32,000 bases of DNA from Xanthomonas campestris pv. campestris str. ATCC 33913 (GTDB lineage Bacteria; Pseudomonadota; Gammaproteobacteria; Xanthomonadales; Xanthomonadaceae), in the NCBI RefSeq assembly GCF_000007145.1, contig NC_003902.1:2047436-2079435 (forward strand), in the 5' to 3' direction. Below are positions 16,469-24,903 of the stretch, piece after piece (the first letter of the stretch is position 1; every line of letters begins with the position of its first letter). The notes beneath the pieces were generated by a model, which made no database searches, was not told where the DNA came from, and saw only the letters and a program-made list of their open reading frames with translations. The translations under genes were made by a program, and so were the position numbers.

Positions 16469-18031
16469 GTGGGTTTGGCGACGTTGGATATCGTGATCGT
16501 GCTGGTGTATCTGGCCGGCATCTTCGTGCTCGCGCAGTGGGTGTCGCGCGAGAAGGCCGGGCACAGCAAGAGTGCCGAAGACTACTTCCTGGCCAGCAAG
16601 TCGCTGCCGTGGTGGGCGATCGGCGCTTCGCTGATCGCAGCGAATATTTCTGCCGAGCAGATCATCGGCATGGCCGGTTCCGGCTATGCGATCGGCCTGG
16701 CCATCGCTTCCTATGAGTGGATGGCGGCGTTGACGCTGCTGATCGTTGGCAAGTTCTTCCTGCCGATCTTCCTGCGCAACGGCATCTACACCATGCCGCA
16801 GTTCCTGGAGCAGCGTTACGGCAAGTGGATCCGCACGCTGATGGCGGTGTTCTGGCTGCTGCTGTACGTGTTCGTCAATCTCACCTCGATCCTGTGGCTG
16901 GGCTCGATCGCGGTCAGCCAGGTCACCGGCATGGACCAGACCCTGGCACTGACCCTGATCGGCGTGTTCGCGCTGGTGTATCAGCTGTACGGCGGTTTGA
17001 AGGCCGTGGCCCTGACCGACATCGTGCAGGTCACTTTGCTGGTGTTGGGCGGTCTGCTGGTGACCGGCCTGACGTTGTCGCGCATCGGCGATGGCGCTGG
17101 CGTGCTGGCCGGCTTCAAGCAGCTGTGGAGTGCGCACCCGGAGCACTTCCACATGATCCTCAGCAAGGACAACCCGTTCTACAAGGATCTGCCTGGCCTG
17201 AGCGTGCTGCTGGGCGGGCTGTGGGTGATGAACATCAGCTACTGGGGCTTCAACCAGTACATCATCCAGCGCGCACTGGCCGCCAAGAACATCGGTGAAG
17301 CGCAGAAGGGCATGGTGTTCGCGGCCTTCCTGAAGCTGCTGATGCCGGTGGTGATCGTGGTGCCGGGCATTGCCGCAGTGGTGCTGGCACCGGATCTGGC
17401 CAAGCCTGATCAGGCGTACCCCACCATGATGCAGCTGTTGCCGACCGGCATCCTGGGCCTGGTGTTTGCCGCGCTGGTGGCCGCGATCGTGGCCTCGCTG
17501 GCGTCGAAAATCAATTCGGTGGCGACGATCTTTACCCTGGATTTCTACGCCAAGTTCCGCCCGCAGACCGAGCAGAAACAGCTGGTGCGTGTGGGTCGCA
17601 TCGTTGCCGCCGTCTCGGTGCTGATCGGCATCCTTACCGCACGGCCGTTGCTGGGCAACTTCGACCAGGGCTTCCAGTTCATCCAGGAATTCACCGGCTT
17701 CTTTACCCCCGGTGTGGTGGTGATCTTCATGCTGGGGCTGTTCTGGAAGCGTGCCAATGAAGCCGGCGCATTGACTGCGGCGATCGGCTCGGTGGTGCTG
17801 TCGTTCGCGCTCAAGATCCTGTGGCCGGCACTGCCCTTCATGGACCGCATCGGCGTAGTGTTCGTCGCCGCGCTGGTGCTGGCGGTGGTGGTGTCGCTCC
17901 TGACACCGGCCACGCAGGCACGCGATCTGATCCGCACCAAGGACGTGGCCTACGGCACCACGCTGGGCTTCAAGATCGGCGCGGTGGGCGTGGTTGCGAT
18001 TCTGATCGCGCTGTACGCGGTGTTCTGGTAA
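16469..18031 (+). CDS. sglT: Sodium:solute symporter family (SGLT-type Na+/sugar cotransporter)
   Basis: The protein is 520 aa with about 13-14 TM helices. The SSF signature region is present (WWAIGASLIAANISAEQIIGMAGSGY). The GTG start has AGGAGAG 6 nt upstream. Confidence 0.9.
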   Translation: MGLATLDIVIVLVYLAGIFVLAQWVSREKAGHSKSAEDYFLASKSLPWWAIGASLIAANISAEQIIGMAGSGYAIGLAIASYEWMAALTLLIVGKFFLPIFLRNGIYTMPQFLEQRYGKWIRTLMAVFWLLLYVFVNLTSILWLGSIAVSQVTGMDQTLALTLIGVFALVYQLYGGLKAVALTDIVQVTLLVLGGLLVTGLTLSRIGDGAGVLAGFKQLWSAHPEHFHMILSKDNPFYKDLPGLSVLLGGLWVMNISYWGFNQYIIQRALAAKNIGEAQKGMVFAAFLKLLMPVVIVVPGIAAVVLAPDLAKPDQAYPTMMQLLPTGILGLVFAALVAAIVASLASKINSVATIFTLDFYAKFRPQTEQKQLVRVGRIVAAVSVLIGILTARPLLGNFDQGFQFIQEFTGFFTPGVVVIFMLGLFWKRANEAGALTAAIGSVVLSFALKILWPALPFMDRIGVVFVAALVLAVVVSLLTPATQARDLIRTKDVAYGTTLGFKIGAVGVVAILIALYAVFW

Positions 18032-18059
18032 GCGCCAGCGCACATCACACGCAATAAGT

Positions 18060-18099
18060 AACGCGGCGCGGAGAGCATTCTCTGCGCCGCGTTGCGTTT
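18060..18099. terminator. Bidirectional terminator between the symporter and the GGDEF-EAL gene
   Basis: AACGCGGCGC(gg)AGAG-catt-CTCTGCGCCGCGTT gives a 14-bp stem with a 2-nt bulge. GCGTTTG follows on the plus strand and a T-rich ACTTATTG follows on the minus strand. The site lies between convergent stops at 18031 and 18112. Confidence 0.65.
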
Positions 18100-18111
18100 G
18101 GGCGCCGTCAC

Positions 18112-19968
18112 TCAGAGGCGCGCGGCTTCCAGTTGCGGTGCTGGCGGGGCAGCGTCGGTGGCGCGTTGGTACCACGGTGTCTCCAACCAGGCTTCCAGCG
18201 CTGCGGCAGGCATCGGCTTGGCGATCCAGTAGCCCTGGCCTTCGTCGCAGCCCCAGCTGCGCAGCTGTGCGTAGGCCTGCGCCGACTCGATCCCTTCGGC
18301 CACCACACGCTGGCCCAGGCTGTGGCCGAGCTGGATCATCGCCGGCACCAGGGTGCGGTCGGTGCGGCTGTCCGGCAGCGAGCGGACGAAGGATTGATCG
18401 ATCTTCAGCGAGCTGGCCGGCAGTTGTTTGAGGTAGCTGAAATTGCTGTAGCCGGTGCCGAAGTCGTCGATGGCGATATGCACGCCCAGCGCCGCAACGG
18501 CCGCCAGTTGCTCGGACAGATGCTCGGGGTGGCGGATCATCGCGCTTTCGGTGAATTCGATCTCCAGCCGGCGCGGGTCGAGCTTGTGGCGGTCCAGGCC
18601 GCGGCGCAGCAACCCGACGAAACCGGGTTGATCCAGATCGGCGGCCGACACGTTCAAGGCCAGGTTGAAGTCCAGGCCCTGCTGTTGCCAGCGTGCGGCC
18701 TGGGCGATGCCCTGGTCGATCACCCAGGCGGTGATGCGGTTGATCAGCGCGGTTTTTTCAGCCATCGGAATGAAGTCCGACGGCATCACCGGGCCGATCA
18801 TCGGGTGCTGCCAGCGCAGTAGCGCTTCCACCGCCACGCAGCGGTGATCGTGCAGATCCACGCGCGGCTGGTAGTGCAGGCGCAGCTGATTGCTGCTGGC
18901 CAGCGCGGCGGGCAGGGCGGCCAGCAGGCGGAAGGTGTTGCGCTGGACCACGTCGTGCTTACGCTCGTACAGGCTCCAGGTCAGGCAATGTTCGCGGGCG
19001 ACATCCACCGAGGTGGTGAGCGAGCGCAGCGTGTCGGCGGCGCCGTAGCTGGTTTCCAGCAGCACCGCGCCAATCGAGGCGACCGCAGTGTGCGGAATGC
19101 CCTGGTGCTCCAGCGGCGCCACGAACCCCTTGGAAATCTTGCTGCACAGCGCGCTCAGGCGTAGCGGGTCGGCGGTGGTGACCATGAAGGCGAAGGTGGT
19201 CGTATCCAGCCGATACAAGGCGGTGCCGGCCGGCAATTTGCTGATCAAACGCTTGTAGGCCAGCGCCACATAGCCGTCTGCGTAATCCCAGCCCAGCGCC
19301 TTGACCATGTCGCGGAAGTAATCGCTGCCGCACAGGTCCACCGCGATCGCGGTGGCGGCGGAATCGGCCGTGCGTTGCAGCAATACCGCGTCCAGGTCTT
19401 CGCTGAAGCGCGCGCGGTTGGGCAGGCCGGTGGGGCCATTGCGGTAGGTACTGCTGCGCAGGTTTTCGACCCGCAGCACGGCCAGGTCGCGCAGGCCTTC
19501 CAGTTGGATGCGTTGCTCCGCATCCAGCCCGGCACGCGGGCTGGTGCCAATCACGCACAGCGTGCCGATGGTGTGGCCATCGCGCAGCTTGAGCGGTGCG
19601 CCAGCGTAAAAGCGGATATGCGGCGCACCCAGTACCAGCGGGTTGTTGCAGAAGCGCGGGTCCAGCAAGGCATCGGGAATCACCAGGACGTCATCGGAGC
19701 GCAGCGCGTGCGCGCAGAAGGCATGTTTGCGCGGGGTCTCAGGCGCTTCCAGGCCGACGCGGGCTTTGAACCATTGGCGGTGTTCGTCCACCAAGGAGAC
19801 CAGGGCGATCTCGGTCCCCAGCATGCGTGCGGCCATGGCGGCGATGGTGTCGAACACCGGGTCCGGCGGCGAGTCCAGCAGGCAAAGACCGTGCAGGACC
19901 GCCAGCCGTGCCGCTTCATCGAGCGCAGACGGGAGGGGGGAGGCGACAGGGGCGGGCGTGGAATGCAT
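18112..19968 (-). CDS. GAF - degenerate GGDEF - EAL protein (probable c-di-GMP phosphodiesterase)
   Basis: The N-terminal GAF domain includes LVSLVDEHRQWFKARVG...FYAGAPL. The GGDEF position reads RLDTTTF instead of RxGGDEF. The EAL domain is intact: EALLRW, NVS, EIEFTES, DDFGTGYS, KIDQSF, EGIES and GQG. Confidence 0.9.
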   Translation of the reverse strand: MHSTPAPVASPLPSALDEAARLAVLHGLCLLDSPPDPVFDTIAAMAARMLGTEIALVSLVDEHRQWFKARVGLEAPETPRKHAFCAHALRSDDVLVIPDALLDPRFCNNPLVLGAPHIRFYAGAPLKLRDGHTIGTLCVIGTSPRAGLDAEQRIQLEGLRDLAVLRVENLRSSTYRNGPTGLPNRARFSEDLDAVLLQRTADSAATAIAVDLCGSDYFRDMVKALGWDYADGYVALAYKRLISKLPAGTALYRLDTTTFAFMVTTADPLRLSALCSKISKGFVAPLEHQGIPHTAVASIGAVLLETSYGAADTLRSLTTSVDVAREHCLTWSLYERKHDVVQRNTFRLLAALPAALASSNQLRLHYQPRVDLHDHRCVAVEALLRWQHPMIGPVMPSDFIPMAEKTALINRITAWVIDQGIAQAARWQQQGLDFNLALNVSAADLDQPGFVGLLRRGLDRHKLDPRRLEIEFTESAMIRHPEHLSEQLAAVAALGVHIAIDDFGTGYSNFSYLKQLPASSLKIDQSFVRSLPDSRTDRTLVPAMIQLGHSLGQRVVAEGIESAQAYAQLRSWGCDEGQGYWIAKPMPAAALEAWLETPWYQRATDAAPPAPQLEAARL

Positions 19969-20394
19969 GTGCCCATATCGGCCTCGAGCGCGGCGACTTG
20001 ATCACGCGCGACTGGCGCCGTTCAGTTGGCCGCGCATGCGAGTGGTGCAGCGCGGCAATCGGCACGCTGCATTCGACACTCCGCGCAGCACTGGCGGCCG
20101 AATCACTGCGCTGCACCACGGCAGGGCGCAGACGGGGTCGGGTGCGCTGTGCCTACAGGGCCGAGGGGTTGCTCGCCGTTTGCAACGAGCGCGTGGCGCC
20201 CGGACACGCACGAGATAACGTTACCAGCACGCTGGATGCGGATCTGCGCGCTCTGTCCTGATCTGTACCTGTTGTCGGTTCTGTGACCCGCGCTGCGATC
20301 GCCTGCGTCGCGGGTTGGCACGGTCTTGGCGCACGCCCGATGCGCGCTGTCCGCGGACGCCGGTCTGCGGCGTCCACCTTGTCTGGAGCCGAGC

Positions 20395-21396
20395 ATGAAC
20401 ACCATTTCTCGCCTGGCGCAACGCCTGGTCCTGATCCTTGCCGGCCTGGTGCTGGCCTCATCCGCGCACGCCGGCTTGTCCGTGTCGGGCACACAGCTGA
20501 AGGAATCCAATGGCAATACCTTGATCCTGCGCGGCATCAACCTGCCGCATGCCTGGTTTGCCGATCGCACTGATGCCGCGCTGGCGCAGATTGCGGCCAC
20601 CGGTGCCAACAGCGTGCGGGTGGTGCTCAGTTCCGGCCACCGCTGGAACCGCACGCCCGAGGCCGAGGTGGCGCGCATCATCGCGCGCTGCAAGGCCCTG
20701 GGGCTGATCGCGGTGCTGGAGGTGCACGACACCACCGGCTATGGCGAAGACGGCGCCGCCGGCAGCCTGGCCAATGCCGCCAGTTACTGGACCAGCGTGC
20801 GCACTGCGCTGGTGGGCCAGGAAGACTACGTGATCATCAACATCGGCAACGAGCCCTTCGGCAATCAGCTCAGTGCCAGCGAATGGGTCAACGGCCACGC
20901 CAATGCGATCGCCACGCTGCGTGGCGCCGGGCTCACGCATGCGCTGATGGTGGATGCGCCCAACTGGGGCCAGGACTGGCAGTTCTACATGCGCGACAAC
21001 GCGGCGGCGTTGCTGGCGCGCGACAGCCGCCGCAACCTGATTTTCAGCGTGCACATGTACGAGGTGTTCGGCAGCGACGCGGTGGTGGACAGCTACCTGC
21101 GCACCTTCCGCAGCAACAATCTTGCGCTGGTGGTGGGCGAGTTCGGCGCCGATCATCGCGGCGCGCCCGTGGACGAGGCGGCGATCATGCGCCGCGCGCG
21201 CGAGTACGGCGTGGGCTATCTCGGCTGGTCGTGGTCGGGCAACGACAGCAGCACGCAGTCGCTGGATATCGTGCTCGGTTGGGATCCTGCGCGTTTGAGC
21301 AGTTGGGGACGCAGCCTGATCCAGGGCCCGGACGGCATTGCCGCGACCTCGCGCCGTGCGCGGGTGTTCGGTGCGCGCGTGCGGGCGATGGAGTGA
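20395..21396 (+). CDS. Secreted GH5 (subfamily 8-like) endo-beta-1,4-mannanase
   Basis: Starting at ATG 20395 (GGAG 7 nt upstream) gives the signal peptide MNTISRLAQRLVLILAGLVLASSAHA. It is collinear by eye with Bacillus and Streptomyces GH5 mannanases: LRGINLPHAWF, VLEVHDTTG, IINIGNEP (acid/base Glu), HMYE, VVGEFG (nucleophile Glu) and WSWSGN. Confidence 0.85.
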   Translation: MNTISRLAQRLVLILAGLVLASSAHAGLSVSGTQLKESNGNTLILRGINLPHAWFADRTDAALAQIAATGANSVRVVLSSGHRWNRTPEAEVARIIARCKALGLIAVLEVHDTTGYGEDGAAGSLANAASYWTSVRTALVGQEDYVIINIGNEPFGNQLSASEWVNGHANAIATLRGAGLTHALMVDAPNWGQDWQFYMRDNAAALLARDSRRNLIFSVHMYEVFGSDAVVDSYLRTFRSNNLALVVGEFGADHRGAPVDEAAIMRRAREYGVGYLGWSWSGNDSSTQSLDIVLGWDPARLSSWGRSLIQGPDGIAATSRRARVFGARVRAME

Positions 21397-21717
21397 TGCA
21401 TCGGTGGTTTTGCGGCGGGGCGCGATGTGCCTGCAAGAATCATCGCGTCTGCTGCGTTTCGGGCAGTGTGTTCGCTGAGGCGCTGTAGCGTGGTTACAGA
21501 GCTCTAGGCGGTTGCAGAGCGCGTAAGCAATCGGCTGGCAGCCTAGATAGGGCGTTCGACGACTGCGCTGTGTATGCAACGTCGGCTGTGCTTCAGCGCA
21601 ACGACAATGACTGACGCGCTGTCATCCATGAGCCGCGGCGAACGATCACCCATGCAGAGGCAGCCGCGCAACGTCTTTGCGAAAGCCTGCCGAAACCGCA
21701 GCAGGCACACCAGGCGC

Positions 21718-22293
21718 TCAGCGCCCGGGCTCGCGCTGCGGTCCCGGGCTCGGGCGCTTGGTGAGCTTGCGCTGCAGCGAGCGGCGGTGCATGCCCAGCA
21801 GGCGCGCGGCGGCGGACACGTTGCCGCCGGTTTCGTGCAGCGCCTGCTGGATGTGCTCCCACTGCAGGCGGCTGAGCGGGGTCATCATTTCCTGCGCGGT
21901 TTCTTCTTCGTCCGGATCGGGCAGGTCGTCGTCCTCTTCGCCCAGCGCACGCATGATGGTGGGGATGTTGGCTGGCTTGGGCAGGTAGTCGTCGGCGCCG
22001 AGCTTGATCGCCTCCACCGCGGTGGCGATGCTCGCGTACCCGGTGACCAGCAGGATGCGCATGTCCGGGCGGATCTCGCGCAGCGGCTGGATCAGGTTCA
22101 ATCCCGAGTCGTGGCCCAGCTTCAGATCGATCAAGGCGAAGTCCGGCAGCGCGCTGCGTGCGGTGGACAAGGCGCTGGCCGCATCGGTGGCGGTGAGCGT
22201 TTCCACGCCGCGGCGGGCGAGGCTGCGTTGCAAGGTGCGCAGATACAGGGTGTCGTCGTCGACCAGCAGGCCGGTGCGGATGGGAGTGCTCAT
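21718..22293 (-). CDS. regA: Response regulator, RegA/PrrA/ActR/RoxR family (REC + Fis-type HTH)
   Basis: The start is ATG 22293 (MSTPIRTGLLVDDD...), which overlaps the regB stop as ATGA. Receiver motifs DDD, D(LIDLKL) and KP are present, as is the acidic linker. The C-terminus reads LQWEHIQQALHETGGNVSAAARLLGMHRRSLQRKL. Confidence 0.85.
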   Translation of the reverse strand: MSTPIRTGLLVDDDTLYLRTLQRSLARRGVETLTATDAASALSTARSALPDFALIDLKLGHDSGLNLIQPLREIRPDMRILLVTGYASIATAVEAIKLGADDYLPKPANIPTIMRALGEEDDDLPDPDEEETAQEMMTPLSRLQWEHIQQALHETGGNVSAAARLLGMHRRSLQRKLTKRPSPGPQREPGR

Positions 22294-23519
22294 GCAAGGG
22301 CCTCGTGTTCGGAGAGCGGCAGGCGGAAACCGACGCGGGCGCCGCTGCCTTCGGCGGGAAGCATCCACAGTTCACCCTGCAGCCGCTCGACGGTGGCATG
22401 CGACAGGGCCAGTCCCACGCCCATGCCGTCGGGCTTGCCGCTGTTGAACAAGGTGCCCGGCAACATCGCCTGCGAGGTGTCGAAGCCCAGCCCGTAGTCG
22501 CGCACTTCGCCGACCAGTTGGTCGTCTTCCACGCGCAGGGTGAGGTCGATCAGCGGCCGGCCGGCGCGTTCGCCGGCATCGGCGGCGTTGTTGAGCAGCA
22601 CCATCAACAGGTGGCTCACGCCGGGCTGCAGCATCAGCCGCAGCGGCGCGTCTTCATTGCGGCGCAGCTCGATGGTCGGGCGCACCAGGCGCCACTGTTC
22701 CAGCACATCGCGCACCGCCACCTCGCGGCTGAGATGGCCGTTGTCGGCCGGTGCGGCCAGCGCAAGCACGCGCTCGTGGCATTGCACCAACAGCTCGCGC
22801 AGGGTTTCCAGGTCTTCGCGCAGCTCGACCTGATCGCACTGGTCGGCGATGTCGTCGGCCAGCAGGGTCATCGTCGCCAGCGGGGTGTTGAGCTCATGCG
22901 CCACCGAGGCGGCATGCGTGGCCAGCGCCACGATGCCTTCGTTGCGTGCAAAGCGCTCGCGCAGTGTGGAGATCTCGCGTTCGCGCTCGCGCAGCGACAA
23001 CGCCAGCCGGGTGGCGAACACCAGCACCACCACGGTGGAAAGCAGGAAGTTGGCCGCCATGCCCCACATGTGCAGGGTCAACGGGTCGAAGCCGCCGTAC
23101 GGCAGTGGCAAGCCGAATGCGGCGCTGATGACGTAGCCGGCCACGCAGGCCGCCGCCACCGCCATCGCCCAGCTCAGCGGCAGGGCGAGCGCGGCCAGCG
23201 CGATCAGCACCAGGAACAGCGAACCGAACGGGTTGGCGATGCCGCCGCTCCAGCCCACCATCCAGGTCAGCACCGTCACATCGACCAGGATGTGGCCGAA
23301 CTCGGTGGCCGGGCTGACCGCGCCGCGGTGCGCCACCCGCAACTGCGCATACAGGTTGAACACCGCCAGCGCGGCCACCCCGGCCCAGAGCGGCTCCTGC
23401 GGCAGGGTGAGGCCCATGAGCCCGCTGGCGACCAGGATGGTGGCGGCCTGGCCGGCGGTGGCCAGCCAGCGCAGGCTGCACAGGGTCCGCAGGAAGGAGG
23501 CGTCGGAGGTATTCATCAC
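22290..23519 (-). CDS. regB: Sensor histidine kinase, RegB/PrrB/ActS/RoxS family
   Basis: There are six TM helices. SGGIANPF matches the RegB GGxxNPF quinone-site heptapeptide. The H-box is SVAHELNTPLATM. A Cys lies in LLVQCHERV, at the redox-box position. HATPase motifs are LLNNAADA, DYGLGF and GMGVGL. The start is GTG 23519 or ATG 23516. Confidence 0.85.
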   Translation of the reverse strand: MMNTSDASFLRTLCSLRWLATAGQAATILVASGLMGLTLPQEPLWAGVAALAVFNLYAQLRVAHRGAVSPATEFGHILVDVTVLTWMVGWSGGIANPFGSLFLVLIALAALALPLSWAMAVAAACVAGYVISAAFGLPLPYGGFDPLTLHMWGMAANFLLSTVVVLVFATRLALSLREREREISTLRERFARNEGIVALATHAASVAHELNTPLATMTLLADDIADQCDQVELREDLETLRELLVQCHERVLALAAPADNGHLSREVAVRDVLEQWRLVRPTIELRRNEDAPLRLMLQPGVSHLLMVLLNNAADAGERAGRPLIDLTLRVEDDQLVGEVRDYGLGFDTSQAMLPGTLFNSGKPDGMGVGLALSHATVERLQGELWMLPAEGSGARVGFRLPLSEHEALA

Positions 23520-23625
23520 GGCAATGCTATGCGCTCGTCGGGGTGGTGGCCTGCGACAAACCGTCGCATCCGGGCGGGGAGGGGCCGCGTGCAGCGCTTC
23601 AGCTGTGAGCGGACGGCGGACAGGC

Positions 23626-23631
23626 TAAAAT
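23626..23631 (+). promoter_or_regulatory. Candidate -10 element (TAAAAT) 6 nt upstream of the ispG ATG (possible leaderless transcript)
   Basis: The sequence is GGCTAAAATagcgcgATG. There is no SD-like sequence, and the spacing places the expected TSS on or next to the A of the start codon. I found no convincing -35. Confidence 0.3.
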
Positions 23632-23637
23632 AGCGCG

Positions 23638-24903
23638 ATGTACGACGCCGTCACCCGCCCAAGTCCCCCCGCCGATGCCAGCGCCTGGCCGCGCCGCATC
23701 ACCCAGGCCGTCAAGGTCGGTAACGTCATTGTGGGCGGAGGCCATCCGGTGGTCGTCCAGTCGATGACCAATACCGACACTGCCGACATCGCCGGCAGCG
23801 TCAAGCAGGTCGCCGAGTTGTGGCGGGCCGGCTCGGAAATGGTGCGCCTGACCGTGAACAATGCCGAGTCGGCAGCGGCCATCCCGCGCATCGTCGAGAA
23901 GCTGCGCATGATGGGCATCGAAGTGCCGTTGATCGGCGACTTCCACTACAACGGCCACCAGCTGCTCACGGCCGAACCGGCCTGCGCCGAGGCGCTGGCC
24001 AAATACCGCATCAATCCGGGCAACGTGGGCTTCGGCAAGAAGAAGGACCTGCAGTTTGCGCAGTTGATCGAATTCGCCATCCAGTACGACAAGCCGGTGC
24101 GCATCGGCGCCAACTGGGGCTCGCTGGACCAGGCGTTGGCCGCGCAGCTGATGGACGAAAATTCCAAGCGCGAGACGCCGTGGGATGCGGGCCGGGTGCT
24201 GCGCGAAGCGCTGATCCGCTCGGCGGTGGATTCGGCAGAACGCGCCGTGGAACTGGGCTTGCCGCGCGAGCGCATCATCCTGTCGGCCAAGGTGTCCGGC
24301 GTGCAGGAATTGATCGCGGTGTACCGCGACATGGCCGCGCGCTGCGACTTCGCGCTGCACCTGGGTCTGACCGAGGCCGGTATCGGCAGCAAGGGCATCG
24401 TGGCCTCGGCAGCGGCGCTGAGCGTGCTGCTGCAGGAAGGCATCGGCGACACCATCCGCATTTCGCTGACGCCCGAACCGGGACAGTCGCGCACGCAGGA
24501 AGTGATCGTCGCGCAAGAGCTGCTGCAAACCACCGGGCAGCGTGCGTTCACGCCGCTGGTCACCGCCTGCCCCGGCTGCGGCCGTACTACCTCGGAGTTT
24601 TTCCAGGAGCTGGCCGGCGTGGTGCAGAACCATGTGCGCGCCAAGATGCCGGAATGGAAGATCAGCAACCCCGGCGCAGAAAACATGACGCTGGCGGTGA
24701 TGGGCTGCGTGGTCAATGGGCCGGGTGAATCGCGACACGCCAACATCGGTATCTCGCTGCCGGGCACTGGCGAAGCGCCCTCGGCACCGGTGTTCGTGGA
24801 TGGCGAAAAGACCGTCACCCTGCGCGGCGAGAACATCGCCTACGAATTCATCGACCTGATCGACCAGTACGTCGAACGCACCTATGTCCGTCGGGCCGGC
24901 TGA
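23638..24903 (+). CDS. ispG: 4-hydroxy-3-methylbut-2-en-1-yl diphosphate synthase
   Basis: [11 protein letters not shown] is present. The C-terminal Fe-S ligand motifs CPGCGRT and GCVVNGPGE are present. The protein is 421 aa. Confidence 0.95.
   Translation: MYDAVTRPSPPADASAWPRRITQAVKVGNVIVGGGHPVVVQSMTNTDTADIAGSVKQVAELWRAGSEMVRLTVNNAESAAAIPRIVEKLRMMGIEVPLIGDFHYNGHQLLTAEPACAEALAKYRINPGNVGFGKKKDLQFAQLIEFAIQYDKPVRIGANWGSLDQALAAQLMDENSKRETPWDAGRVLREALIRSAVDSAERAVELGLPRERIILSAKVSGVQELIAVYRDMAARCDFALHLGLTEAGIGSKGIVASAAALSVLLQEGIGDTIRISLTPEPGQSRTQEVIVAQELLQTTGQRAFTPLVTACPGCGRTTSEFFQELAGVVQNHVRAKMPEWKISNPGAENMTLAVMGCVVNGPGESRHANIGISLPGTGEAPSAPVFVDGEKTVTLRGENIAYEFIDLIDQYVERTYVRRAG

Noticed and set aside
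15587-18175. ORF 15587..18175 (-, 862 aa) opposite the symporter
   Set aside because: It is antisense to a clear 13-14 TM SSF transporter. Its translation is His/Arg/Gln/Asp-rich and has no hydrophobic helices or motifs.
20282-20298. Possible Clp/CRP-like site (TGTGA-N6-TCACA) upstream of the mannanase
   Set aside because: Only the left half-site TGTGA is present. The right half (CTGCG, or TGCGA with N7) matches at most 2 of 5 positions.
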